Shown here in pieces: positions 13,531 to 25,912 of a stretch of DNA of 64,000 nt. The translations under genes and the position numbers were made by a program. The notes beneath the pieces are model-generated. The model saw nothing but the letters and a program-made list of their open reading frames with translations. It was not told the origin of the DNA and did no database searches. Position 1 is the stretch's first letter. Every line of letters starts with the position of its first letter. Source of the DNA: Octopus sinensis (Eukaryota); contig NC_042999.1 in assembly GCF_006345805.1 (NCBI RefSeq), positions 93,062,001 to 93,126,000 of the forward strand, given 5' to 3'.

Positions 13531-14675
13531 GAAGAAGCAAAAAATTATCGGTAAATTTTAATGCGTGCACTGGCACGCGTTTGCCTAAAGAAAACAGGAT
13601 TGTTTTCGCTCGGTATCAAGTATCCTCTTCCCTTATTCTTAATGAAAGAAATTGAAAATAAATTGATTGAAGCAATGTAAAAGATTATGGAAGAAGTAAA
13701 AAATTATTTTGAAAGAAGTGAAAATGTAAAAATTTGGTGTAGGGACATTTGAAAATGGAAGATATTATTTTTGCATAATTGGAATATCTGTCATGGAAAA
13801 CATAGGAATGCGCTGGAAAAGAAAGAAAAGTGTTGGGAGTTGATTTGCAGGTGAACATGTAAATATTAACCGATTTGGTTGGTACTTGTAGCATGCCGTG
13901 CTACCACTGAACAGGGATTTGTGAAAAGCAGTTACGTGGTAGCAGCGCGTGCTAAAAATAGCAGTCAAATCGTTCATATTTCATTAGTGAAACGCGTGCG
14001 GTTGCATTTATAGAAAATGATGCAAGTTACAAATGAAAAAGGTTACGTACCGAATTCAGCAAAATGAATGAATGTATTGATCAGTAATGCTTTGACAGAG
14101 CAATGTTGTGGAAGACAAGACGAGAAAAATGTTAAGAGGAAAGGAGACAGTGATTATGAATTGCGTTCCGAATGTTGTTTGCCTGGGCATGAATTTTGTC
14201 GTATTTATAAGAAAGCAGACAGCAAGAAGGATGAAGATATCAGTGGTGCTAAAGTGATGTGGGGCCGTTTGAACTCACCGTGCGCCAGGAAGGTTAGAGG
14301 TGAAGTGGATCACTTGACAAGGTAGCATGTGGTTAATGTCACCATTTTCCATTGTCACGTAGTGAGAAGTAAGTTTTATTTCCCCTGTATGGGAATGAAA
14401 TAAGAATGAGATATAAGGGGACAATGTTTCTGGGATTCCTGTTCGAATGTAAGGCAGGTCTGAAAGGCTTCCCAACAGTTATTAGTAGCAGTGGTAGACA
14501 GTCTATGACGTATGTCTATGTATGCATGTGTAAAATTTGAATGAAATTGGTTGGGTAGTTCTCGAGTTTTATGAATTCACACAGACAAACAGACTGACAC
14601 ACATTCACATCTACACACACATATATACATGTATGTATTTATGTATGTATATATATGTATGCCACTCTCTCTTTC

Positions 14676-14885
14676 TCTTTTACTCTTTTACTTGTTTCAG
14701 TCATTTGACTGCGGCCATGCTGCAGCACCGCCTTTAGTCGAGCAACTCGACCCCGGGACTTATTCTTTTTGTAAGCCCAGTACTTATTCCATCGGTCTCT
14801 TTTGCCGAACCGCTAAGTGACGGGGACGTAAACACACCAGCATCGGTTGTCAAGCAATGCTAGGGGAACAAACACAGACACACAA

Positions 14886-14932
<47 letters not shown>

Positions 14933-15093
14933 ACAGGCTTCATTCAGTTTCCGTCTACCAAATCCACTCACAAGGCATTGGTCGGCCTGGGGCTATAGCA
15001 GAAGACACTTGCCCAAGATGCCACGCAGTGGGACTGAACCCGGAACCATGTGGTTGGTTAGCAAGCTACTTACCACACAGCCACTCCTGCGCC
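14676..15093 (-). mobile_element. tRNA-derived SINE family 1, full length (resembles octopus OK/OR-type SINEs)
   Basis: Minus strand starts ggcgcaggagtggctgtgtggtaag (A box), ggttcagtccc (B box), has a central TA/CA tract and ends ...atgactgaaacaagtaaaagagtaaaag. Confidence 0.85.
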
Positions 15094-15094
15094 T

Positions 15095-15930
15095 ATTCAG
15101 TTTATTTCAAGATTTCTTGCCAATACAGTAAGAACCGGTTTCTAACCGAGATACAAGGGTTCTTCATCGGAAGTTCAACATCAACAACGGTATTTTTGTT
15201 TGTTTGTTTTTTTGTTTGTTTGTATGTATGTATGCATGTGCAAATTTGTATGTTTTATATATGTATTCTCATACATATAGTTGCATATTTAGACATGCTG
15301 GTATATATTTAAATGATAAACTTCTGGAGAGTTTTACAGTTCCAGTGATGGATTGGGTCTGTAGTCTTCGGATTAGTTCTCTCCTTTCTAATTCTGAGAA
15401 GCGTAATTTCTCAAGGTTGGTATTTAGGCAGTGTGTTACACATCCCACGGCCTCAATAATTACAGGAAGAAACCTGAACTTGTAATCTGGATAGAGTAAC
15501 TGCAGATTTCTTAGCAGTTTAGCATAGGTGTTCTTTTTTCACTGATCTTCAGCTTTATGTTAACATCCTCTGGGCAGCTAATTTCCACAACTATGCACAG
15601 TTTCTCTTCTCTGTCTCAAATCACCATACCAGGTCTGTTGTGCTTATATTTTATTGAGGTCTTCACTGGTACATTCCACCGGTATTCTTTTTTATTATGA
15701 GTGGCTATGGCTTCTATCATATTGAGGGTTCTTTGCCTTCGGGATTATACTTCCGGTGGATTTCATTATATAGTGTCCGAGCTGCAACGTCATGTCCCAT
15801 CGGCAGATAATACCGTGATGACATTTTCAGACAACTGTTTATGATGTGGGTGGTATCTTTAGTGTGAACTCCGCAAAGTCTGCATCGGTTGTCACACTTT
15901 ACAGCTTTACCTGCTTCTCTATCCCTTTTG
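15095..15930 (-). mobile_element. RLE non-LTR retrotransposon 3' fragment (family C), with 3' UTR
   Basis: CDNRCRLCGVHTKDTTHIINSCLKMSSRYYLPMGHD, HNRP..DREEKLCIVVEISC and KLLRNLQLLYPDYKFRFLPVII; same family as 9905-10660. Confidence 0.85.
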
Positions 15931-18837
15931 TGCGTGTTTGTGTACGTATGTATGTATGTATGCATGCACGTACGTACATGTGTATGTTGCACGCTGTGTA
16001 CATGTGTAAGCAGAAATATATCTTGGTAAATATTGAGGAAGGACTATGAAATAGCACGTAATTGTGTTTTTAGTGTGTTTGTGTTTGTTTTTGTAAAAAA
16101 GAAGCAAAGAGCGGAATTAAATTTATTGAAATTGCATTTGTTTGGAAGTAGATACACATTTCAATTACGTCATTATCAGATGCAATCTCTGTACAGAAAG
16201 CAAATCTCTGTTTCTATGATCTGTAGCATATTTTGTAGATTTTAAAATATTGATTTCTATTCTAAATTTTAAATTTCATCTTGTTGGATGTGATTTTTTT
16301 CATATATAAATAGAAAAAAAAATATTTAAAATCCTGATTGAATTAACTGCTCATAGTTTAAATGCAAAATGTTATTAGATATTACATGAACCAAAAATGA
16401 AAGTCATTTATAGTTAATGCATTTTTTCTGTTATGCAAGTTTTTCTTTTACCTTTTTTTCTTTTACTTATTACTTAATGTCACTCGCACTATTTCGAAAG
16501 ACAGTCAGCTCCAAACTCCAATAAACAGTCCAAAGTTAAATGAGATTAAACAACAACAAAAAAAAGAAGACAACCGAACTTAGCGCTTCGGCTACAATTT
16601 AATAATCTATTTCACGGATCGTTGACTGAACTCTGAATGTTATTTTTACCTTCTTAAATTTCTAATTCTTTTCGTATTTCCATTTAGACTCATATTTCTA
16701 CAGTAGTCTCGAGCAGCAGCTGTCCGAGTGTTGATGACTACTGAAATAGAGAAGTCATAGCGATTCATATCTTGGATACAAGCTCTCTCAGTTGAATTAC
16801 GTGCTAATAAGTATTATACTCATAAAAAAACTCACTAATCTGAAGATCATTGAAAGAGTAACGTTATTACGTTGTTATTATTTGTACTGCGAAAGGCCAC
16901 TGTTTTGCTTTTCATAGATGATGGTGCCATACTATACGATTATGAAGCTGAAACAAGAATACATTTTAAATAGGACAAATCTTTGAGTATCTCTGACCTT
17001 GAAGAATTAAATTTGTGGTGGTCAATATAAATTAGATGTATATATTTCTCTTGTATTTCTCTCCTCGTTTGTAGTTATGTTGTACCAATATTGTTTTCAC
17101 AAACGATTGGAGTTCGTCGTATTTATTTTCTCTTTTTACTGCATGTTTGCTCGCCATATTATTTGGTCCGGGCTCGATATTTCTTTATCCATAGTAACGA
17201 GGAATTTTCGCCCGTCATTTTCGCCGCTGCATATATTATTTCGTCTAACATGGCCATATTGATGCGTATTTCTGCCTTAGAATGATTTGCTTTGTTCTTA
17301 TTGTTGTTGCAATTTCAACGTTTAATTTCATCTATGAGAAATATGTTTATTGACCAATAGGAAGATCTAGTGTTATTAAATTGTTTAATTATTTTTATAC
17401 CTAGAATTTCTATTCCTCATTTTTACATTTGTACATTTTGTTTTCCTGTTTCAGCTCTTTATCATACTCATAATATTTAGTTGTTCTAGTATTCAAATTT
17501 GCTGTGCACTTTGTTAACTATCTTCTAGCTGTCTAATAACTAAGAATTCAAACATATGTCATATGAAGCAAAACACCACTACAACTCATACTCTTCAAAC
17601 GCGAACAGCACTGACTAATGATTTCTCTTGGTAAAATTATATCCTCACCATAGTTTGACGTCATTACTGAGGCTAGTCCTGTTTAAGGCCAGATTATATA
17701 TTCCAGCCACCAAGAGCTGCTGAAATTGTACAAACTCTGTGAAGCTATGAATGGAGTACTGCAAATCCAGACCATTAAAATGATCGGTATTCTGTAACTG
17801 ACGAACACAGTACATTCTCCGGCCCACAAGTATGTTGTATTTTGAATCACGTGCTCTGTTCCTTGGAATTTGCTGGTCTCGCACATTCACCACTAGCGCA
17901 CTCCTCATCAAGTTACCAATCCTTCATTCATCATCCTTGGGCGTCCACCATTATTTCTGCCAACTAATCACAATGCTCAATTAGTTATCTCCCGAGCATT
18001 GGTCAGCTGTTAATTAGAAAACATGCATAGACGGAGTCAATGTTAGGAATTTCTGCGTGAGACGGTCTTGAGAGAGTTTACGTATATCAACGTGTTTTCT
18101 TAAACGTACCTAGTTTTAGGGAACTTTTGAAAACCCTTACAAAAATAACTGTTTAAACCAACAGTTGTGGCAGTTAAAACGGGTTAATTGTCACATTGGT
18201 TAATGGCTATAATTTATTTAGTTCAACAGTTCAGTTAACGTTATACCTTAGAGTTTCAGCTCGCGTGTAGCCAAAATGATAATCTTTAGGTATTGCTATT
18301 GAGATAATAAACAGTTGTCAATTTACTCATGAACAGTGGTAAAAGGTTTATTATGTTCGACAACCTATTGCGTGTTAAGTTTCTATAGTATGTTTAACTT
18401 ATTTTTTCTCCAGACCAGTTGGAATTTCCTCTATCTACTAGGGAAGAGAGAGAAAGAAAGAGATAGAGAGAGAGAAACAGAGAAACAGATAGATAGAAAT
18501 GGAGAATGTACTTTCTGGTTTGTAAGCCTGTACCTAGAGTTATTGTGGCACAGTTTAATACAGCGTGGTGTATTCTTTAAGGAAACAGGCGATATTCGCC
18601 AGCTTATGATACACCGCTTTTTAAAAATCTTTTACAGTTTTGAGGCATTGGGCACCGACTATGGAGGAGCAACGATTTGAAAAGTTTCACTCAAACGCAT
18701 CTCATTCCTCCCATACTGGTTATGCTGGTTGTCCTGCAGTGTTGTGGTGTGAGGCGACAAACAGGCAAAATGACACATAGACACAGAGTCAAACACACAG
18801 ACAAAGACGCACAAATGCACACACATACATACACACA

Positions 18838-18884
<47 letters not shown>

Positions 18885-19181
18885 CGCAAACACATATAAT
18901 TTAATATTTACAGTATACGAGCGACATAAAATCTAAAGTACACTATGTACGAGCGACTAATAACATTTAATATGAAGTCACGTGTCTAGGTAGGTGTTAT
19001 AAAATGTCTTGTTTCTTCAAGCAATCCCCTCGTTCCAAGCTTGTACAAGCAAAGTATGTTAAAAAAACCTGTTCAGATATGCGTTAGGAGCAAGAAAGTA
19101 TAAGTAACTCGTATCTTTATACTGTGTACATTAAATGATATACATGCGATAGAAGTTGAAAATGTACTGAGAATACACTTA

Positions 19182-19582
19182 TACTCTTTTACTTGTTTCA
19201 GTCATTTGACTGCGGCCGTGCTGGAGCACCGCCTTTAGTCGAGGAAGTCGACCTCATGACTTATTCTTTGCAAGCCTAGTACATATTCTATCGATCTCTT
19301 TTGCCGAACCACTAATTTGCGGGAAATTAAACGCACCAGCAGCGGATGTCAAGCGATGTTGGTGGTGGGGGGGATAAACACAGACGCACAAACACACACA
19401 TATATAAATACATATACATATATACGAGAGGCTCCTTTTAGTTTCCGTCTACCAAATCCACTAACAAGGCTTTGGTCGGCCCGAGGCCATAGTAGAAGAC
19501 ACTTGCACAAGGTGCCAGGCAGTAGGACTAAACCCGGAACCATGTGTTTGGTAAGCAAGCTACTTACCACACAGCCACTCCT
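19182..19582 (-). mobile_element. SINE family 1, full length
   Basis: Colinear with 14676-15093, from tactcttttacttgtttcagtc to ccacacagccactcct. Confidence 0.85.
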
Positions 19583-19855
19583 AACCGGTTTCACAGTTTA
19601 GACAGATTGTCAAAAGTTGATATAGTAAGATGTGGGTTATGCCGCAGCTGTCTTGCTTCTGAGTAGCATTTGAAGCTTGTCCTATTTTTATAGGACAAGT
19701 GAACGCGGAATTACCCATCGAAGGAATTCACAGCGCGTGTAACTACTAGTTGTAGCCATAGACGTTAAATACGTATCAATATGTTTCACCGTAACATGGA
19801 ACATAACGGATAGCCACCACAGTGTTTGCACTGATAATATATCCCTCCAAACTCA

Positions 19856-19954
<99 letters not shown>

Positions 19955-20030
19955 CATTATTATTATTATTGTTATTATCATTATTATTATATTTATTATT
20001 GTTGTTGCTGTTGTTATTGTTGTCACAGCT
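19856..20030. repeat. (TTA)n microsatellite
   Basis: Direct reading. Confidence 0.95.
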
Positions 20031-20609
20031 TATATTGCTGGGTGTGATGGAAAGTATCAGCTGTTCACAGCCAGCAGACTAAGGTGACAGCAACTAAGGT
20101 TCATACGTTCGACAAGACTGCTTTTCTTTTGTCACCTGCCGATTTCCACCACTGTAACTGACATGCCATTTCTATTTTCTGCGCATAATATAGAATTCAG
20201 TAAATGATGCTGTCAAGAAACGTTCCGTTCGTCGCCCTTCTTCACCTTCATTTTAGCTATTTTTACTCCTTTCGTGTCCATCGTTCAAATCCCGCTTTCA
20301 AGATTATTTCTACAGTAATTCTAAAACTTCCTATTTTGACAACCGTAGATAAATTTCCTAACCATTTTAGGGATATCATGTTGGTTACTGACCATGCCAA
20401 TACAACTCTTATGCAAAATAAATCATTCGAATGACTTTCAAATATACACACACCAGTATGTATCTGAATTGCTTACTTCCTTATTACAGTTTCTCCATGC
20501 TAATTTCAAAGTAATATTTTTAGTTGCTGTCATTTTCAATTTTCATTAAACATCATGCTTCTACATATGCTAATTGAAAGCTACTACAACATAGAAAAAA
20601 TACTATACA

Positions 20610-21382
20610 CCCAGATCTGACTGTGTGTTAAGCAGCTTGATTTTAAAACACATTTTTGGGGGTTCAATCCCAACGTATAGCACCTTAACAAGGTGTCACC
20701 TTAGGCAAATATCTTCTACTATATTCTGGAGCCGACCAAATCCTTGTGAGAGGATTTAGTAGACGAAAACGGAAAGCAGTCCGTCCTATGTATGCATGTA
20801 TGTATGTATGTGAGGTCACTTTCGAGTGCTACTGGTAACATGTAACCCAGTACTACCTGTTGCATGGTCGGGTCGTCGGCGACTAAACCGGCAACCTCAC
20901 CAAGCTCGCTTGGTGAGGAGGGTATTTATTGGTCACCCTGCGGGATGAAAAACAAAACCCGTCAAAGGGCGGAGGAACTCTTGAGAGTCAACGGCCATCC
21001 AATAAATGTCTTAAAGCTGTATCATGCGCGGGGTCATAGAAATAATCGGATTGAATACCCGATCGCGCAGTTAAACCATTGGGAGTGAAGGACTCCTAGC
21101 CTTTGTTAGGGCATCCTTCTAGGAGAAGGTAACTCAGGTAACTGGGATAACTCCGACATAAAACCTGCGGCTCAGTGGTTACCGATGATGTTGACCTGTT
21201 CTTCTTTTCGGATTATGGCTGCTGTTGCTTAGTGAGTGGGATTGACTCAGTGTACAGCCTTTCCTCACTTAAAAAATCTTCTTGCACAGGCATTGCACGA
21301 TAACCACATTGATTAAGCTTCGTGCAATGGCCATACTCGATAAAGAGGGGGCAGCCACCATGTATGTATGTATGTATGTATG

Positions 21383-21416
<34 letters not shown>

Positions 21417-21665
21417 TGTATGTATATATATATGTGTGTATATGTGTGTGTGTGTGTGTTTGTGTCCGTATTTGTTTCTCACTCCACCGCTTGACAACCG
21501 GTGTTGGTATGCTTCTGTCCCCTTTTATAGCGGTTCGGCAGGTGAAATGCATAGAATAAGTATCAGGCTTTAAAACCTATAAATAGTGGGATTCATGTAT
21601 TCGACTAGAAAGTTCTTCAAGGTGATGCAACAGCATGACCGCAGTCTAATGAATGAAACAGATAT
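20610..21665 (+). mobile_element. Old SINE family 1 copy split by an insertion in its central (ATGT)n
   Basis: 5' half about 20610-20811 (gggttcaatccc..gccgaccaaatccttgtgagagg); 3' half about 21360-21665 (ccgcttgacaaccgg..gcggttcggca..gcagtctaatgaatgaaac). Confidence 0.7.
20812..21359 (+). mobile_element. Non-coding, highly structured insertion with an RTE-type 5' UTR motif (putative bipartite non-autonomous LINE)
   Basis: GC-richer 548 bp flanked by (ATGT)n on both sides; contains gggcatccttctaggagaaggtaactc...ataaaacc, like RTE 5' UTRs; many hairpins; no LINE ORF. Confidence 0.55.
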
Positions 21666-22084
21666 TAAAAAAAAAAGAACAGATATTTAGGTGGTGCAAA
21701 CATTTCATTCGTATCAGCTATGTGGATATGGGTCGTTACAATGTTAGTAGATTCCTGTTATTTCTCTTCGCCATAACTTAACTGTGGTTTATAACCTTGA
21801 TAGCAGACATATTTATATCTAATATCTCATTTCTAGCAGAGAATTCAATTTCTATTATTAGGTAAATTCTGTTCAGTACACTTTTCTAATTTTCTCTTTC
21901 AATTCTGTCTCTTGTATATTAACAGCTTCCTATGATCGCTATTGCTTCGTCGAGTAGTTCAGAATTAGCGTTCTATGATTTAGCCTAATTAAATATTCTC
22001 ATGTTATGTGAACTTACTCTTTTGTGTTGAAGTTTTGGCACATTTGTCTAATCCTATCAAAGCATTCTTATGTTTTAGTAGTCA

Positions 22085-22350
22085 TTCTTCTTCTTCTTCT
22101 TCTTCTCTTCTTCTTCTTCTTCTTCTTCTTCTTCTTCTTCTTCTTCTTCTTCTTCGTCATCTTCTTCTTCTTCTTCTTCTTCGTCATCTTCTTCTTCTTC
22201 TTCTTCTTCTTCTTCGTCATCTTCTTATTCTTCTTCTTCTTCTTCTTTTCTTCTTCTTCGTCATCTTCTTCTTCTTCTTCTTCTTCTTCTTCTTCTTCTT
22301 CTCCTTCTTCTTCTTCTTCTTCCTCGTCATCTTCGTCGTCGTCGTCGTGT
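22085..22350. repeat. (CTT)n/(CGT)n compound microsatellite
   Basis: Direct reading. Confidence 0.95.
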
Positions 22351-22351
22351 T

Positions 22352-25300
22352 TGGCCATTAGAATATATACACCAGATTGTTTATTTATAGAGTCAGGTGA
22401 TAGAAAGAAGGGGAAGAAAGACAGCGGAAAGAAAGAAAAAAGAAAATCAAAAATAGGCAACAAATAAGATAAAGGGGAAAGGGAAAGCAAATTTTCAGTG
22501 ACACTGCTCTTCTCAATACGTGTGACGTACAAGTTAAGACAATCTTTCGCACTTCCTACTTTGATGGTAAGCCAGGGATCATCCTCAAATAATTTTCAGC
22601 TCCCTTTTTAATCATTCCAAGTGCTTCTGCAATCACTGGTGTTGTAACCGTCTTGAGATACCGCATGTTTTCAATTTCAATCAGCAAATCTTTATATTTT
22701 GGGGGCTTATCAAATTGTTTTCCCGAAATATTATGATCGCAACGTAAGCTCATGTCAATCAATAAGCAGATTTTATTGCTTTGGTCTTTCACAACAATAT
22801 CTGGTTTATTAGCTTTGATGGTCCAATCTGTAGATACTGGAAAGTCCTAAACAATCGTTACATTTTCTTTCTTAATTTCAGCTTCGGGGTGGTGCCTGTA
22901 CCATTTGCCTGCAGTTTTGATTTTATAATGCCGACATATCCGGTGTAAATATTGGGTAACTTTATCATATTTTGGCTTATACTCTACTGGCGCTAAATCC
23001 TTACACCCAATGTTAGGTGGTCCCCTGTTTCAATCTCATCGTTGCAGTATCGGTACTTCGGGTCTACTCCATTTTTCATCACATTCTTTTGTTAGTTCCG
23101 GGCCTATAAGCTCTGATCTTCAGTATCTGAGGTAAAGCATTCATTCCCTGTCTTTATTCATGAGTTCCATAGCCAGGGATGTGTGTTCCTGGTCTACATC
23201 AGGTTGTTTGCTACGGGTCATATATTTGCCACGCAGAGGTTTTTGTTCCCACCTATTTGCCAATTGTTCAAGCACATGTTGCTTTGCCATTGATTTAACA
23301 TTTTTGGCAACAATAGGTTCATGCATAATATCCACATTCGTAAAAAATCTGGATATCATGCATGAACCCACAAGCAAATTTTTGTTCTCCTTCATCACAG
23401 AATGAAACTCCTTCTGTCTCTCGTGGTTTTTAACGTCTTTTAGTATCCAGTAGTTAGATGTTTCAAGATATTTGGCCAGTCTAGTTGTGGTGGTTTTCTA
23501 AGAGATTTCAAATTCGATCAAACCGCAACCTCCTCCAGCTCTGTGAAGTTTAAGACGATCTGCGTCTCACTTTGGGTGGTACATCTCCTTGCAAGTCAGC
23601 AGCTTACGGATTTTCTAGTCAATTTTCCTTATTTCGCTCATATTCCAGTTCAACACATTAAAACTGTAAGTAACAGCGGGAGCTGCGAAGGACTCTATGG
23701 CTAATATCATGTTACGTGCATTTAACCTAGATTTTAGAACTGCTCGAACTCTCTTGTAACATGCCTTCCTGATCTTCGCTTTCATGCTTGCATGCCTGAT
23801 ACCTTTGTTCCTGCTCAAGAAGTTTTATAACTTTGTCAACATCTAACCCCACTGAATGTGAGGTCTTCAATTACACCTTTTAGAAAGTGGCCTTGACACA
23901 TTTATCAAGAACAAGTTCCATCGCGATGTCATCACTGAATGCTTTCACAGTACGCAAGAGATCTTCAAGCTCAGTATCGTCTTTGCCACAGAGTTTTAAG
24001 CCATCCATGTAAAATAGCGGGTTTATTTTCTTGTCAGTTTTATACCCATAAACTGTTCTATTCAATTCACTTATTAGGTTTATGCAATAAGTTGAAAGAG
24101 TTGGAAGGGAGTCACTTTGGAAAATATCAGAGTAGATATTAATATTGTTTGTAGGTATAATTGGAGATTTGTATTCCACACTGACATGTGCTTCAGGAAG
24201 TTTGAAATTACAGGAGAAATTTTCAAGATATCCAGTGATCTCAAGATCAATGAATGAAGTATGCTGTCAAAGGTCTTTTTTATAATTAATCCATGCGGCA
24301 CTAAGATTTCTCTGCGTTTGTTATGACAGTTCTGAAGGATCATGCAACTGATTAGGAGTTGAGCTTTGCATCTATATGAGCCCCATCCGCACCCTTTTTG
24401 TTGAGTGGGAAAATATTGTTCTGTTTTATAAAAGTGTATGATTTATTCACGAGGATAAATATTAAAATTTTATACGTGGTGGATAGACTGGTTATGGGCC
24501 TTGCTGACCAATCAGCTGTTTTAAGATTTCTCATAATCTCATTGAATATATGGACTACCTTCTCGTGTGCGCACGTGAGCTATGTGAGCCACAAATTTGG
24601 CTCCTATATTTACCAGGAGATTTCTTCTCATGAGCCTTCGTATTTGTGATCCTAATGTCTGCTATTTTGATGTATTCTCATGCTTGTTCTGGTAAATTTT
24701 TGTAGGATCCTTCTGTGCGTCTAGTCCAGTCTGCATTTTCATCGTATGTCTTTTCATCATTCCAAATATTTTGCCAAATTTTTGTTTTCTCAGAAGCATA
24801 CAACTGGTTTCAGTTGCTTAGCAGATGCATTATAATTATTATTTGACTCAGTGGGATTAAGTTTTAGTTCTTTTATTCTTTATTTCTATTTTTTGCCAAG
24901 CTGCCAATTTTAAATTGTTTACCATTACACTAGCAGTGTTCATTGTTAGTGAGCTCTAATACCGCGTGGTCTCTATCATTGCAGCCAACCTTTGTAGCCG
25001 TGGCAATGGCGCAGCCGTTATCATCGTTGTTATGAGCTGCTAATGAGCCGATCCTACTACTGTGTAATATTTTAGAATAGTGTTTAGTTTCGAGTGTTGC
25101 CTTCTACTTGAGATAATTATAAGTACGTGTGAGTTGACTGTTGCCTTCTACTTGAGATAATTATAAGTACATGGAGAGTTGGAAGAAGAGAGAAGCATCT
25201 TGGTGGACACAGTTAAATACCACCAGTCTGCGAATAGGTACAGCAGATGGTGACAAGGAGATCAACAATGGGGCTTCCCATTCCTGGAGATGTCAAATGA

Positions 25301-25392
25301 GTGTTTACTACCACAGTGATCATTGGGCGCGGTGACCTTGAAAGAAACCAAATCACCTTGTTCTGCTTTAATTATTAGTAGAGAAAAATCAC
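22352..25392 (-). mobile_element. R4/Dong-like copy 2 (family A), decayed, retains a putative 5' end
   Basis: Colinear with 50-2050 (e.g. KDQSNKICLLIDMS, FYMDGLK, RVRAVLKSRLNARN) with many stops; extends upstream through WQNIWNDEKTY..ADW and KSPG into non-coding 5' sequence. Confidence 0.88.
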
Positions 25393-25784
25393 ACACACAC
25401 ACACACACAAATACTACAACAAATACTAATAATAATAATGCTAATACTATTATTATTTTTATTGCTATTATCATTATTATTGAGTGAGAGAGCAGAGCAT
25501 GCCATTAAAGTGACACTGAAGAAAAATATACGAAGCCCAGTATACTCATCATGACTACCCATCTGATAAGTGAACACCAGGCATATGCATTATAACCATA
25601 TATGCGCGACATGGTGATCTCACATCAAGACAAACAGCGCAGAATGTGGTATTGAGCAGAATATTTGCTGTAGCCCATATTTTATAGCAAGACAAAACAA
25701 TGTACATGGTAACACTTCCAATCAGTTGAGATGAGAAGCCATGAAAACTACTGCCTGCTACTGCATCACTCTTCTTCTTCGTCT

Positions 25785-25850
25785 TCGTTTTCTTCTTCTT
25801 CTTCTTCTTCTTCTTCTTCTTCTTCTTCTTCTTCTTCTTCTTCTTCTTCT

Positions 25851-25909
<59 letters not shown>
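25785..25909. repeat. (CTT)n followed by (TTA)n; the (TAA)n is the tail or target of the adjacent Dong copy
   Basis: Direct reading; directly follows the 3' UTR of the minus-strand element. Confidence 0.9.

Positions 25910-25912
<3 letters not shown>

Noticed and set aside
14990-15093. tRNA-like A and B boxes
   Set aside because: These are SINE heads present in several copies with SINE bodies; no complete cloverleaf, so not called tRNA genes
17640-18330. Possible decayed Tc1-like transposase (GGRPR, LMVW) on the minus strand
   Set aside because: Motifs too short and no matching TIR pair found
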